In this document: one piece after another, positions 26,616-37,904 of the stretch
Numbering within the stretch: position 1 is the stretch's first letter
Layout: each line of letters begins with the position of its first letter
Assembly: GCF_018977255.1 (NCBI RefSeq)
Contig: NW_024704745.1
Span: 15,996,001 to 16,060,000, forward strand
Direction: 5' to 3'
DNA: 64,000 nucleotides
Source of the DNA: Callorhinchus milii
Taxonomy: Eukaryota
Program-made: the position numbers and the translations under genes
Notes under the pieces: generated by a model
The model's input: only the letters and a program-made list of their open reading frames with translations
What the model was told of the DNA's origin: nothing
Databases searched by the model: none

Positions 26616-27794
26616 ATTTCAAATAATGTTTGTGCTAATCATGGTTACAGAGTTTAAAACGCTTGCGTTAATGGATGAAAATAAAGGATTACCCAATTGT
26701 TATAACGCCTTCAACAAATTCATTTACTGAGTTTTTAATTTACTCAGTAAAAGACATGTATTGATTTAGCTCAAAGTACTGTTAAATAATCACACTTGCT
26801 GTTTCATTCAGCCTCAGAACCTTTTATTGTTCCTCGGTTTGGCGTCAGGCTTTGCCACTGTTAAGCACTCCAAGATGCTGCCTGCAAGAAGGGTGCTATA
26901 TAAGTGAAAGTTGTTCATTTTGTTGTTTATTGGATCTTTTGGAGGGGCAGTCAGAGAATTAGATACCAATAAAAGAAACTGTTATTGAATATCAAGTGTT
27001 ACTCACTGGTCAATTCAATAATTAGTGATAAACACACAAGCTCATTCATTGTTATCCTTTCATGTACTAATGTAGAACCATATTTTACTTTTTCGCTTTA
27101 CACAGGGTGATCAAAAAGATGTGATATCTACCCTATTATGTAAACAAAAATCATCATTTCATTAAAACTTATTAGAGATTGTAATGGTATCATGATTTTT
27201 TCGTTATTTTCCTGGATTTTACAAATATACCAGATACCAGGTGATGCTTTTGAAATGACGGTGTGTATATACAACCAATATATTGTCATATCAACATATT
27301 CATATCAACAATAAATTATTCTGTACAACATAATACTCATATTTTGGTTTATAGGGTGGGGAAACCCATAGTTTTTTTTTATTTCTTAACCAGTTTGTCA
27401 GATACTGCTGACCGCAATTGGCTTCCGTGTTTTCATCCACAAAATAGACAATCCACTACAATATATTCTGTGAAGAGCTGTGAGACGACTCAACAATGTG
27501 ATAAGGTGCTATATTAAATTAAAGGATTATTATTATTGTGGTTGGTATCTGTCTCATCATTTCAATTCAGGTTATTGTGTTCAGAGCATGACCACCTTGT
27601 GTCCTACAATATAAAGGTGGAAACTCACAGGTCAAAAATGGACAGTGGGGTCCTCCCGACGTGAAAGACGCAATACAAATGTAATCTTGTTGTTGTTGTA
27701 ATCTTACATTACCATTAATAAGCATAGTGATGGGATTCCGCATGTGTCAGGAACCTGGCTGACCAAAAAATGGCTCTCAAGTGTGAGGATATGG

Positions 27795-28192
27795 GTTTGA
27801 GATTATGTGTGTGTTGGGGAGGGGGGGGGAGATTATGTGTGTGTTGGGGAAGGGGGGAGATTATGTGTGTGTGTGTGTTGGGGGGGGATTGTGTGTGTGT
27901 GTTCGAGGGGGAGATTGTGTGTGTGTTTGGGTGGGGGTGGGGGGAGACTGGGGGGGGGGGTGGGGGGGAGACTGTGTGTGGGGGTGGGGGGGAGACTGGG
28001 GGTGTGGGGGAGATTGTGTGTGTATGTGGGGGGGTGGGGGGGGAGATTGTGTGTGTGTGGGGTTGGGGGGGAGACTGTGTGTGTGTGGGGGAGACTGTGT
28101 GTGTGTGGGGGGGAGACTGTGTGTGTGGGGGGGGGGTGTGTGTGGGGGAGACTGTGTGTGTGGGGGTGTGGGGGACATTGTGTGTGTGTGCG
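27795..28192. repeat. G-rich imperfect tandem repeat, unit roughly GGGGAGA(T/C)TGTGTGTGTG
   Basis: About 13 visible GA(T/C)TGTGT-type units separated by G-runs. Accounts for the stack of low-complexity ORFs here. Confidence 0.9.
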
Positions 28193-28199
28193 CCTTCCA

Positions 28200-28650
28200 G
28201 GAAATAACACGGTGCGACACAGTGCACAGTTCGGGACATGACCTGTGCACGTGACTGACTGCCAGGCCCGAGCCCGGTCCCCCCTGGCCCCGCCCCCCCA
28301 AACCCCCAGCGGGGTCACGTGCGGCGCGGGGGCGGGGTCCGAGGCACCGGGAGCCACGTGAAGCAGCTGACCCGGGGGAAGGGGGGCGGGGCCTGTGTGT
28401 GTGTGTGTGTGCGCGTGGTGGGGTTCTGCTTCCGGGTGAGGAACATGGCGGGTCCGGCCTGGAACGCGGTGACCGTGCCGTTGCCGGGGAGTCAGTGCAC
28501 TGTGCCCGTGAGCAGCGACTCCCACACAGGTACCGCGGGCCGTGTGGAGCAGCTCCGGCGCTCCCGTCCGTCTCCCTCTCGCTTTCTCTCTCTCATTGCC
28601 CCCCCCCTCCCCCCCCTCCCCCCCCCCGCTCCCCTGTGACCCGGGGATGC
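28200..28650 (+). promoter_or_regulatory. NEPRO CpG-island promoter
   Basis: CACGTG at 28248, 28316 and 28355; GGGGCGGGG boxes near 28328 and 28383; ETS-type CTTCCGG at 28429. Confidence 0.8.
28445..28529 (+). CDS. NEPRO: NEPRO (C3orf17) exon 1
   Basis: MAGPAWNAVTVPLPG... resembles human EPWNRVRIPKAG; good Kozak context AACATGG; donor G|GTACC. Confidence 0.82.
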
Positions 28651-28786
28651 AGCTGCAATCACTGTTTTCTTCCTTAAAGTGGACCGACCTCCCTATGGGT
28701 TGCAAGGAGCTGTTTTATTTTACTGCTGGGAGTTTCTTTGCGCTGCTCCGCAGCACTACCGTAAGGTTTGCACGGTGTGTTTCGAG

Positions 28787-29108
28787 ATAATAGTAATAAT
28801 AATAATAATCCTTGCATTTGATATAGCGCTTTTCACGTCGGGAGGACGTCCCAAAGCGCTTCACAGAACACACTGTAAAGTGAATTGACTGTATATTTGT
28901 GGGCGAACGCGGCAGCCAATTGCGCACAGCAATGTCCCACAAACAGTCGTAGATTGAAAATGACCAATTTATTATTGATTTGGAGGGATTATTATTAGGC
29001 TCTGTGTGGAGTAAGGAAACTTGCCCAAGGTTTCGCCCTCTGCCTGGAATTGAACTCAGGTGTCTCACTTGCAAAGCGAGTGCTCTAACCACTGAGCTAC
29101 AGGACTCC
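28787..29108 (-). mobile_element. Full-length, apparently young tRNA-derived SINE
   Basis: Almost identical to 45583-45914; intact A and B boxes; tRNA head with TGC at the anticodon position. Confidence 0.92.
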
Positions 29109-30570
29109 ACATGCAACTTGTGTGGCTTGATTCAAAACTGGATATTTGCCTTCGTAAATTCTTTATACTTCTTTGTAACTCACATTCAACGGTAAACAAA
29201 TGAAGTGTTGTAACCAGCAAGATTAATTCAGGAATGTGCACTTTACAGTATCACATTTCTACACACATCATACTTTCAAATAAAGAGCATCAACTGTAAC
29301 GATTTTACTGATTTTCTTTGTTAGTGAAAGTAAAGGTGTTTCCCCAAAAAAGAGGAAATTAAAAGGAATGGGTATCTGGCCTCACAGGTGGGGATGGCAT
29401 GGTTTGTAGGCAAACTCGTATGTGAAATCAGGATAAGACTCCAATTATCCAATATGACCTGTGCACAAGGTTACCAGGAGCAATTTATTATATTTGTTAG
29501 AGATGTATATCGCGCCCTTCCTTCTGCGCAGGGTAGCATCTTCGAGCATTGAACAATGGTGTACTTTGAAGACGAGGAGAGAAGAGTAAAGTATTTTTCT
29601 TTGGCTGTGATCTGAAGCTGGGGAATGGGAGCAAGGCAGAGGGATTGAGACAGGAAACCATTTACATGCAGAAAATCATAGAAACAAACTAAGGGAAATG
29701 ACATAGAGTATTAATAAATTCAAAATTGCAGGTGCATTTAATTTTTTTAAAAAAAACAAATGACGCTGGTTATCTGAAAATAAATAAATTACAGGATTAT
29801 GGGAAAAAGACAGGTAAATAGGATTGAAAGGATTGCTCTTTAAAAATCCATCACAGATACAATGGGCCAAAATAACTTTTTTGTGCTGTAAGTTTTGATG
29901 GTTAACAAACCCCAAAAGTGCATTGCTGTTTTGAAACAGTCTCAGCGATATTGGGGTTGAATAAACGGTTTCTGATGAAATAGTAAATGGTGCGTGCGTG
30001 CCAGCAAAAGCTTCATAGGATTCAAAGTGCACATTCTGCATGAAACTGCATATACTATTATATTACATTTCCCCAAGATCTTTTTTTGGAGCTAAGCTTT
30101 GATGTCAGTGTATATCGGATCAGCCTGGCTCAGATGGTAACCAGTCAAAAGGTGGTGATTCTCAAAGCGTCGGGCTTTTTTTGGGAACTTTGAGCTTATG
30201 GTAGGCTGACACTTCAATGCAGAGGTATGATGCATTATCAGAGGTGGAATCCTGGTTTAACCTTGGATGATTTCAGCATAGATCAGTGTTCAATTCCATC
30301 ACTTCCTTGACCTATATCCTCAGTACAATGTCATATGTTGGCAGTCATGGAAACCCTGACAACACATTTCAGAATTGAATGGATCACGTGAACCATCAGT
30401 TGGATGAATTTTACAAGTGGGAACTGTTATTTAAACCATTTTTTGGCTGATTCTTGTGAATGGGGGAGGTTGGAGTTTTTAAAAAATATATACAAACATA
30501 CATAAAGATATCAGTACAGGATAGCATGTTAAATAAATTCAAGTAACAAAATTATCCTGTTTTATTTTAG

Positions 30571-30725
30571 ATGGATGTATACGGGTTCTCATACCGGCCT
30601 GTCAAAACGTTGTAAAGCTATTAAGAAGTAGAGTTCTTACAGCAGAGTTGGATGTTCTGTCTTCTTTGCTGTACGTTTTTCACTACAAGCTGCGCCAACA
30701 CAAGCCGTATCTAGCACTGAAACAG
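30571..30725 (+). CDS. NEPRO: NEPRO exon 2
   Basis: ...LRSRVLTAELDVLSSLLYVFHYKLRQHKPYLALKQ, cf. human HKPHLALKQ. Confidence 0.92.
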
Positions 30726-30964
30726 GTTAGTGTGTTAGCGGAGAGTCTCGTTTCTCTTGAGCAGATCCATGATTTACTGCAATGTAAAACTACATACAAA
30801 GGCAGTTCAGCTAAAATTGTGTTTTAATGTAGAATAAAAAATTTGGGATATTTTCATTCAAATTATTGCAAACAATACACATAAATTCATTCACAAAATA
30901 TAATTTGTGCAATAGTTAAGATACTCGATTTACATTTCATATGGTACAGATTCTCTGTTTTAAC

Positions 30965-31380
30965 AATAAGATTACTCGTGTATAGTGCCTTTCACTTTGG
31001 AAGGATGTCCCGAGGCGCTGGACAGTGTACAGAATTTCAGACCCGAGCTGGGGTGGGGGGGGATGGGGGGTGGCTGATGGCATGGTCGAATTGGAGGGTC
31101 TTGAGGCAGGACTTGAAGGAGGCTAAGGAGCGGGTGAGGCGGAGTGACTGGGATGGAATTCCAGAGGTTGGGGGCAGAGTGGCTGAAGGCTCTCCTGCCA
31201 ATGGTAGGGCGGGTGGGTCGGGGGATATGGAGCAGGCCAGAGCCGGCTGAGCGGTGGGAGCGGGTGGGTTGGTAGGGGGTTAGGAGGTCGCAGAGGTAGG
31301 GTGGGCCGAGGCCATGGAGGCTTTGTATGTGAGGACCAGGATCTTGAACTGGATCCTCTGAAGGATAGGGAGCCAATATG
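30965..31380 (-). mobile_element. L2 LINE 3' fragment in NEPRO intron 2
   Basis: LHGLGPPYLCDLL...GRRAFSHSAPNLWNS (L2 ORF2 C-terminus) plus 3' UTR. Confidence 0.85.
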
Positions 31381-31519
31381 CTATGTGACAATTATTTCTT
31401 ATGTAGCACTGACCAACCATCCCTGCAAGCCAAAGCCCTAACGGGTAGGGTGGTCCTAGCTGGACAAGCAGCGGGAAAACTTCTCAGAAATGAACACTAA
31501 TGTTTATTTATCTTATTAG

Positions 31520-31596
31520 GTTGAACAGTGTGTAAAGCGTCTGAGTAATATGCGACTCGAGGCTTCAATTCGGGATCTGATCGAGTTGTGTCCAAG
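31520..31596 (+). CDS. NEPRO: NEPRO exon 3
   Basis: VEQCVKRLSNMRLEASIRDLIELCP, cf. human [23 protein letters not shown]. Confidence 0.92.
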
Positions 31597-31686
31597 GTAA
31601 TCGATGCAACAGAAATCCCAAAATAAATAGTACTTTTCAAAGCAAGTCCTTTTACATGTCGTGTAACTGTCCTTTTTTAAATTTAG

Positions 31687-31818
31687 GACATCCGAGATCA
31701 ACAAAGCCGGTACAAAACGTGTTCCCAGCCAACCAATGCTGGAGTGGACAGCACTGAGAGTATTGGGTGGCTGCAAGTTGATGTTGCGTCTTATGGATGT
31801 GTGCTCCAAAGCATTTCA
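31687..31818 (+). CDS. NEPRO: NEPRO exon 4 (followed by a U12-type intron)
   Basis: VPSQPMLEWTALRVLGGCKLMLRLMDVCSKAF; no GT donor at the homologous point, where the sequence reads CA|TTATCCTTGC. Confidence 0.88.
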
Positions 31819-32328
31819 TTATCCTTGCATTTATAGTGGTAATAAGTATACGTACGGTTTATGCTTGTCTGTAATGTGTATCATCAAACCCAGGTCTCTC
31901 GTTTGCGAGGCGAGTGCTCTGCCCACTGAGCTACAGGACTCTACATATGCAGTGAAACTGCTAATGGGCCTCGCTATAGAGAATTTATTGATCCCTCGCC
32001 TGTGACCTTCATGCCTTTTGTGCTTTATCTGCCTCTGCACTGGAATCTACAGCCTATTAGCTTAGGAATTTAGCTGGAGCCAGAAAACAGGGTCTCATCA
32101 GGTTCACCGAGTGTTGCACCCTGGAGACTGTTGAACAATTCTTTAAAAAAAACTGTTTTGAGTTGAGTTTAATTTGAAATAACTCGTCACAAATTCAGAT
32201 ATTGAATGAATTTTGAAAAAAAGCATTGCTTATTTTTTGATTGAGTTGGTATAGACATATGTGTTGTATGAAATTGTTGATGTTTGTCACACAAACAAAT
32301 ACTCTGAATACCTTAATTCTGATATTAG

Positions 32329-32406
32329 ACTGGCTATCAAGCATCTTCACTGGCAAGAATTCATAGTTCTAAATTTTATTGTTACAGGATTGCTCAGCAG
32401 ACTTTG
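32329..32406 (+). CDS. NEPRO: NEPRO exon 5
   Basis: LAIKHLHWQEFIVLNFIVTGLLSRLW, cf. human [26 protein letters not shown]. U12 branch-like TACCTTAAT upstream. Confidence 0.9.
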
Positions 32407-32627
32407 GTAAGTGAAGAAATAATATCATTTTTAAATAAATTTAATTTGGAAACTGCTAATTAAATGTCAAATGGTGATTTCAAGTTCATTTTTAACACAG
32501 ATTGTTAGGTACATTTATACATAGAGGAATTTGACACAAGAAACAGGCCCCACCTCTCCTATTCCCCTATCCTATACACCTCTTGTACAAAGCATTTGAT
32601 AAAACCTTTTTTGTTTTCTCGTCCTAG

Positions 32628-33004
32628 GGTGCTATCTAGAGGGATTTTACAAAGCCTAGTTGTTTTATATGAGAAACTATATCCCCTCCTGAAGAAAGTG
32701 GAAAAAATTCAACAGTTGCCTTATGTGAAGGATTTTACTTTACCTGCCAATGTTCAGGAATGGCTTGGTTCTCCCTACACCAAAGTTATGCAAGAGAAAT
32801 TAAAGAACATTTCATCTCAACTGAGTAAGATCCCCACAAGAATACCAGATCTTCTTGACAAATTGTTCTCAGTACAAGAACCTGTGTTACTGGAGGCCCG
32901 TGAGGCTGGTGCACGGGTACGAAAACCGATTCTTGGCAACCCTTTCAAAGTGAAGCAGATGGTTGACATTGGATGCCCTGTACAGAACCGGACAGTTGCT
33001 GTTG
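32628..33004 (+). CDS. NEPRO: NEPRO exon 6
   Basis: VLSRGILQSLVVLYEKL...IQQLPYVKDFTLP...LLDKLF...VDIGCPVQNR; donor G|GTAAGT. Confidence 0.92.
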
Positions 33005-33700
33005 GTAAGTGTTCACACACTGCTAAGTAAACCATATTGTAAGTAATGGGACCACCATGAATTGCCTTTTCCAGTACTAAAAGTTTGACGAGCTATGTGG
33101 TTTTATCTGGTTAGACTCTTGTCAGCCTGCAGCTAATACTCCAGAATTAGATAAGCAGGATGAGTCCCTCTAGGGAGAGTTTGCTTTCCACAGGGAATTT
33201 CCAGGTGTAGGTAGAATGCATGGAATTCTCAGTTTGGTTTGGATACTCTTAAGTATGGTAATGGGGACTCTGTACGTCAGTCACCCGGCTGACCAAAAAA
33301 ACAAGTGCTAGGCACCTAAATTTAGATTTTGTAACGTTTATATAGTTTGCCCTGCTTTAGTTTCAGATTTTAAAACAACAACTTGCATTTATACAAAGGT
33401 CTTCACGTGGGGTAGTGCCCCAAAGCCTTCACAGTGGCGGAGTCTGACAACGAGCCGGGGGAAGAGGGAGGGGGAAGGTGACCATAACCATGATCAAAAA
33501 GGAAGATCTTTAGGCGGGATTTGAAGGTAGGGAGGGAGGGAGCAAGGCGGAGAGATTGAGGGAGAGAGTTCCAGAGTTTCGGAGCATAGTGACTCATGAA
33601 ATGTAGCTTTTGGTTCAAACTGAATCCACACAGAGAGCTCACAATATTATATTTGTATTTTGAGAGTGGAATTGAACTAAACCTTTTATTTCCATTTAAG

Positions 33701-33765
33701 TAACAGGGATACGGTCAGTACCTGAAAAGACCTCTCTACAGACAAGCAGTCACACCTTTTCTCAG
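33701..33765 (+). CDS. NEPRO: NEPRO exon 7 (poorly conserved; an alternative in-frame acceptor at 33707 is possible)
   Basis: Phase 1 in, phase 0 out, which is needed to join exons 6 and 8; AG and CAG|GTTGGT boundaries; open frame. Confidence 0.65.
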
Positions 33766-33809
33766 GTTGGTATGCCACTGTATTTTGGAGATCATTTATT
33801 TACAGTTTA

Positions 33810-34445
33810 CAGTATTACAAAGAATGTACAGCACAGAAACAGGCCACTCATCCCAACCAGTCCATGCCCCTGTTTATACTCCACATGAGTCTTCACCCAT
33901 TGCTTACTCCCTCCCACACCCTTCTATTCCTTTCTCCCTCATGTGCAGGTCTAACTTGCTCTCAAATCTATACCAACTGATTCAACCAATGCTTCAGCCA
34001 GGGAGTTCTACTACCCTCTGAGTGATGTAGTTCCTCGTAAATTCTCTTTTAGATATAAAAATAGTCGCTATCTTATATTTGTGTCCCCTGGTTATGACTC
34101 CCCTACTAGTCGAAACAGTTTATTTATGTTAACCTTTTTGTTAATCCTTTTATAATTTAAAACATTTCTATTAGATCCTCCCCTTAAATGTCTCTCCCCA
34201 AGCAAAAAAAGGCCCAACCTATCCAGTCTATGCTGATACCAGTAACCCTCCAACCCTGGTATCATCCATCGCTATTATATCCTTCCTATTGTGTGGAGGC
34301 CAGAATTGGACAAAGTACTCCAAATGTGGTCTAGCCAAGGTTTTGTATAAATTCAACATCATCTCGCTTTTATATTTTATTCCTCTGGCTGTAAAGTCCA
34401 AGACCCCACTGGCCTTTTTTTATATAGCCTTATCTACCTGAATAG
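33810..34445 (-). mobile_element. CR1-type LINE 3' fragment
   Basis: Typical CR1 antisense text (CAGAATTGGACAAAGTACTCCAAATGTGGTCTAGCCAAGG) and CR1-like 3' end near 33825-33880. Confidence 0.7.
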
Positions 34446-34500
34446 CCACGAATAACATACTATCATTCATGATGAACATCTAGAATTTTTGTTTTGCTAG

Positions 34501-34745
34501 AACACCAAGAAATCTCGGAGTACACGTGCCTCAACAAAATCAAAGAATAAAGAACTAGAACAACCTTCAACAGAAGCTTTCGTGAGGAAGATTAAAGCAA
34601 CACAGACTTTTAAAATGCTTTCTCAAGAGCTAAAGGCAATATTTCTTTGGTTTCGGAACAGGAATTTGAGACGGGAAAGCCGCTATTTAGGAAACCAATA
34701 TCTCCGGTCTAACAGACGTGGAATGCTGGAAGCTCAGGGCTACAG
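34501..34745 (+). CDS. NEPRO: NEPRO exon 8
   Basis: AFVRKIKATQTFKMLSQEL...YLGNQYLRSNR...LEAQGY, cf. human FLGNKLLKSNRLKHLEAQG. Confidence 0.9.
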
Positions 34746-35146
34746 GTACATGTGGTTATATAACTGGCATTCGGGACAGTGGAAAAAAACATATTTATTT
34801 GCTGACCAGTCCATTCAGCATAATTCAGTGGCGTAATTCAGTCACAAATTGGCTCGTGTTCTTGCAGCAGGAATGAAAAATAGGCACAGAATTGTGATTG
34901 GACCTCGAGCTAAATATAATGCCATCTCTGCTAGTGCTTGAAATTGCTGCCCCCCCACCCCAGTATGGAACTAAACCATAGGAACCAGAAGGGAAGTGAT
35001 CTCAGCCAGGGAAGTTCAGGGGTTGCAACAATTTGCTTCATTGTTTTTTGAATAGGGAGGGGGGAAATCAACCATAATTCTATCTGGATGGTTTTCAGTG
35101 ACTTGTGTTTGAACACAGCTATGAAAGTTGCTACATAAATGTAGCG

Positions 35147-35354
35147 AATGCGGCCTCCAATTGCGCACAGCAATGTTCCACAAACAGTCGTGGATTGAAA
35201 ATGACCAATTTATTGTTGTTTTGTTTTTGGAGGGATTATTATTAGGCTCTGTGTGGAGTAAGGAAACTTGCCCAAGGTTTCGCCCTCTGCCTGGAATTGA
35301 ACTCAGGTCTCTCGCTTGCAAAGCGAGTGCTCTAACCACTGAGCTACAGGACTC
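35147..35354 (-). mobile_element. tRNA-derived SINE lacking its 3' tail
   Basis: Head and body match the 28787 copy. Confidence 0.85.
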
Positions 35355-35453
35355 TATTGTATTGTAACCTAATTCACTGTGTTCTATAGTATTCACAGTT
35401 TTGTTTGTTTTAAAAAATGAATGTTTTCAAGCAGCTTTCTACATTTATTTCAG

Positions 35454-35886
35454 TTTTGAAAAGAAGCTACAGGACACAAAAATAGTGGTTTGCAGATACC
35501 TAGTGAAGTGGTCGCAAGGCACACGTCACCAGAACAAAGTGCTTAAAAAACGTAGGAGTAAAGCAACTGTTCTCCAGGAACTCAAAATGAGACACAGTAA
35601 TGCCAGCGGCGATGAAGCATTCGCTCAAGAAGAAATCAATAATGCTCGCAGGAAGAAAAGGAAAAGAAGTCAAAGGGCAGTGCCACCTACTCTACAAACT
35701 GTACAAACTGAAGCAAAGAGAGAGTCCGTTGTTCAACACCTATCTGCTGAATCTGTTGCAAATGTTCAGAATCCCAAGTTCTCGACTTTAATACCAGGTT
35801 CTTCAAAAGCAGTGGATGCTATTGTAGAGACGGTGCCAAAGCTCGACAGTGATATTGATGATATTTTTTCATTGATTGGGGTGTAA
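35454..35886 (+). CDS. NEPRO: NEPRO exon 9 (last coding exon)
   Basis: Basic NLS-like RRKKRKR; C-terminus DIDDIFSLIGV*, cf. human DIDDIFALMGV. Confidence 0.93.
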
Positions 35887-36548
35887 CTGATTTTTGCACA
35901 ATGTGAATTATTGTGCATAATTAAAATGTTTGATGAGCATAGCCAAAAGTAAGATATTATTCTGTACTTATAATGCTGGAAATGTAATTTTGTTGTCACA
36001 AAAATGCGTACTTTGGGCATCATTTGTACGTGCAGTGTGTCATCCTGTCGCAATTGGTAGCACTCTCGCCTCTGAGACAAAAGGTTTGGGGTTTAAGCCC
36101 GGCTTCAGGACATTGCACTCACATTATGTGAGATGACCGCCAATGTAGTTCTGGTAGTGTGCTGCCATCTTTCGGATGAGCTGTTAAACCGCGGCCCTTT
36201 CTGCCTGTTCAAATATTGAAGATCCTATGGCACTATTTAAAAAGACAAGGGAGTTTCTCCTGGTGTCCTGGCCACCAATCCCCCATTAAAATGGCCATTT
36301 GCTTCATGGCAGTCTGGGAAGCAGACTGCTTCATGGCAGTCTGCGTACAAATTGGCTGCCATGTTGGTTGACAAACAAAACACAGTCACTAAACTTTACA
36401 GTACAGTGCCTTGAGACATCCTCCCTGCGTGAAATGCGCTATACAAATTAGTATATAATTTGTTATATCCTCGCCAACCCCTAGTTTGCCATCTGACAGG
36501 TTATAATTGAGAATAGAATGAAGAGAGAAATGATCAAAAAATGACAAG

Positions 36549-36580
36549 AATAAAACATTTGCATTTTATGAGTGTTTATT
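36549..36580. terminator. Opposed poly(A) signals: AATAAA (+, 36549-36554, NEPRO) and AATAAA (-, 36575-36580, SLC10A2)
   Basis: Both hexamers are visible between the convergent stops, each followed by U-rich sequence on its own strand. Use is not demonstrated. Confidence 0.45.
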
Positions 36581-37650
36581 TCATATATTGAAATGGATGA
36601 AACATTTCAAAGCTTCTGGTTTGGTAATTTTGTATTGGTTACACTTTTATTGTCACGGTTTTAATTAACTTGCTTATATTATTTGGCTCTTAACATTTTC
36701 AGTTCATGGATCATATTTCCTCTCATTTTTTCCAACGATGACTTAAGATCTGAGCTTTTCTCTAATGCATAAGTAATACATCCCAGAATTATCATTGTCA
36801 TCTTCTTCACAAATCTAAATTAATTAATCGATATTGACTAATTATACTGCTATTTACTTCATTTTTTTTGGCAGCACCAACAAGTGGAAAGTATTGGAAA
36901 GTAAACTTATGCATAATTACCACTTTTGATTTTAAGTTGATTTTATCAGTTACAGCATTGCACATACAATATTTGCAATAATATCATACGAGGATGAGTC
37001 GTAAAAATAGAATAGATAATGCCTCTTGCTATACAGTGATGGCATACTCCAAAGCCTGAAAGTTCACCTTGGTACTATGCAAAACTATTTTAGCTTTGAA
37101 GTAAGCGGAAGAATTGTCACCAGTTGTCCAGCAGTAGTGGTACAGAAGAGTGAGTAGCTTTGTCTTTCTAATACCCTGGTTTTTAACCCCATATCAACTT
37201 GAACCCTGGAAATCAGAACACTAAGTTTGTATTGTGTCTCTCACACACGTACAAAACCACTGATGCTGTGTATATATACCCTGCCTCGTATTGCCAAAGC
37301 AGTAACTGAAGCAATGTAATTTAAGACAGAGATTGTCACATCAAATAAAAATGATACACAGGGGAACAAGGATTTCAATCATTACATTTCTGAAAGCATT
37401 ACTAATTATCTTTAAAATACTCAAAACAAATTGCATGTGTAACAATAGAAAGGATGGTATTATATAAAGGACACAGTATATACATCATGTAAAGATAAAG
37501 GGTTTTGTTCAAAGTCTTTAGAAATAATCTCTTAACACAGTGCAAATTCAAGTGACCTAAGCAACAAGAATATTACAAATAATGCTTTTACAATCCAAGC
37601 ATTATTAGATATTTAACAAACTTGCGCACATTTAAGCTTAAGTGGAATCT

Positions 37651-37904
37651 TTATAGGTTGGTATTTGCATCCAAGGCATCAAATGGCAATTTTCCATCTA
37701 GATAGAGCCCCGTGTTAGTAATTTTAACTGGTAGTTTTTGGTCTATACTGAGCTCATTTTTTGTGACATCACTCTTTACCTTTTCATCTGCATCGAAACC
37801 TCCATTTGTTGAAATATAGGGTGAGACGGGTTTTTCTTCATTGTTTTCTTGGGCTGTAGAATCTTTTTCGGTTTTCTTCCAGAGTCTCTTGTAAACCTGA
37901 TACG
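37651..37904 (-). CDS. SLC10A2: SLC10A2 exon 6 (last coding exon)
   Basis: YQVYKRLWKK...NGGFDADEK (human NGGFQPDEK) plus a C-terminal extension to ...DANTNL*. Confidence 0.85.

Noticed and set aside
27715-28705. Long overlapping ORFs up to 290 aa rich in P/H/T or G/V/C
   Set aside because: Translations of the G/TG satellite and CpG island; only 28445-28529 has protein homology.
31821-31832. The U12 donor region shares ATCCTTGCATTT with the antisense SINE tail
   Set aside because: Only 12 nt match, and the flanks do not continue as SINE. The matching U12 branch site and exon homology explain it better. A SINE origin is unsupported.
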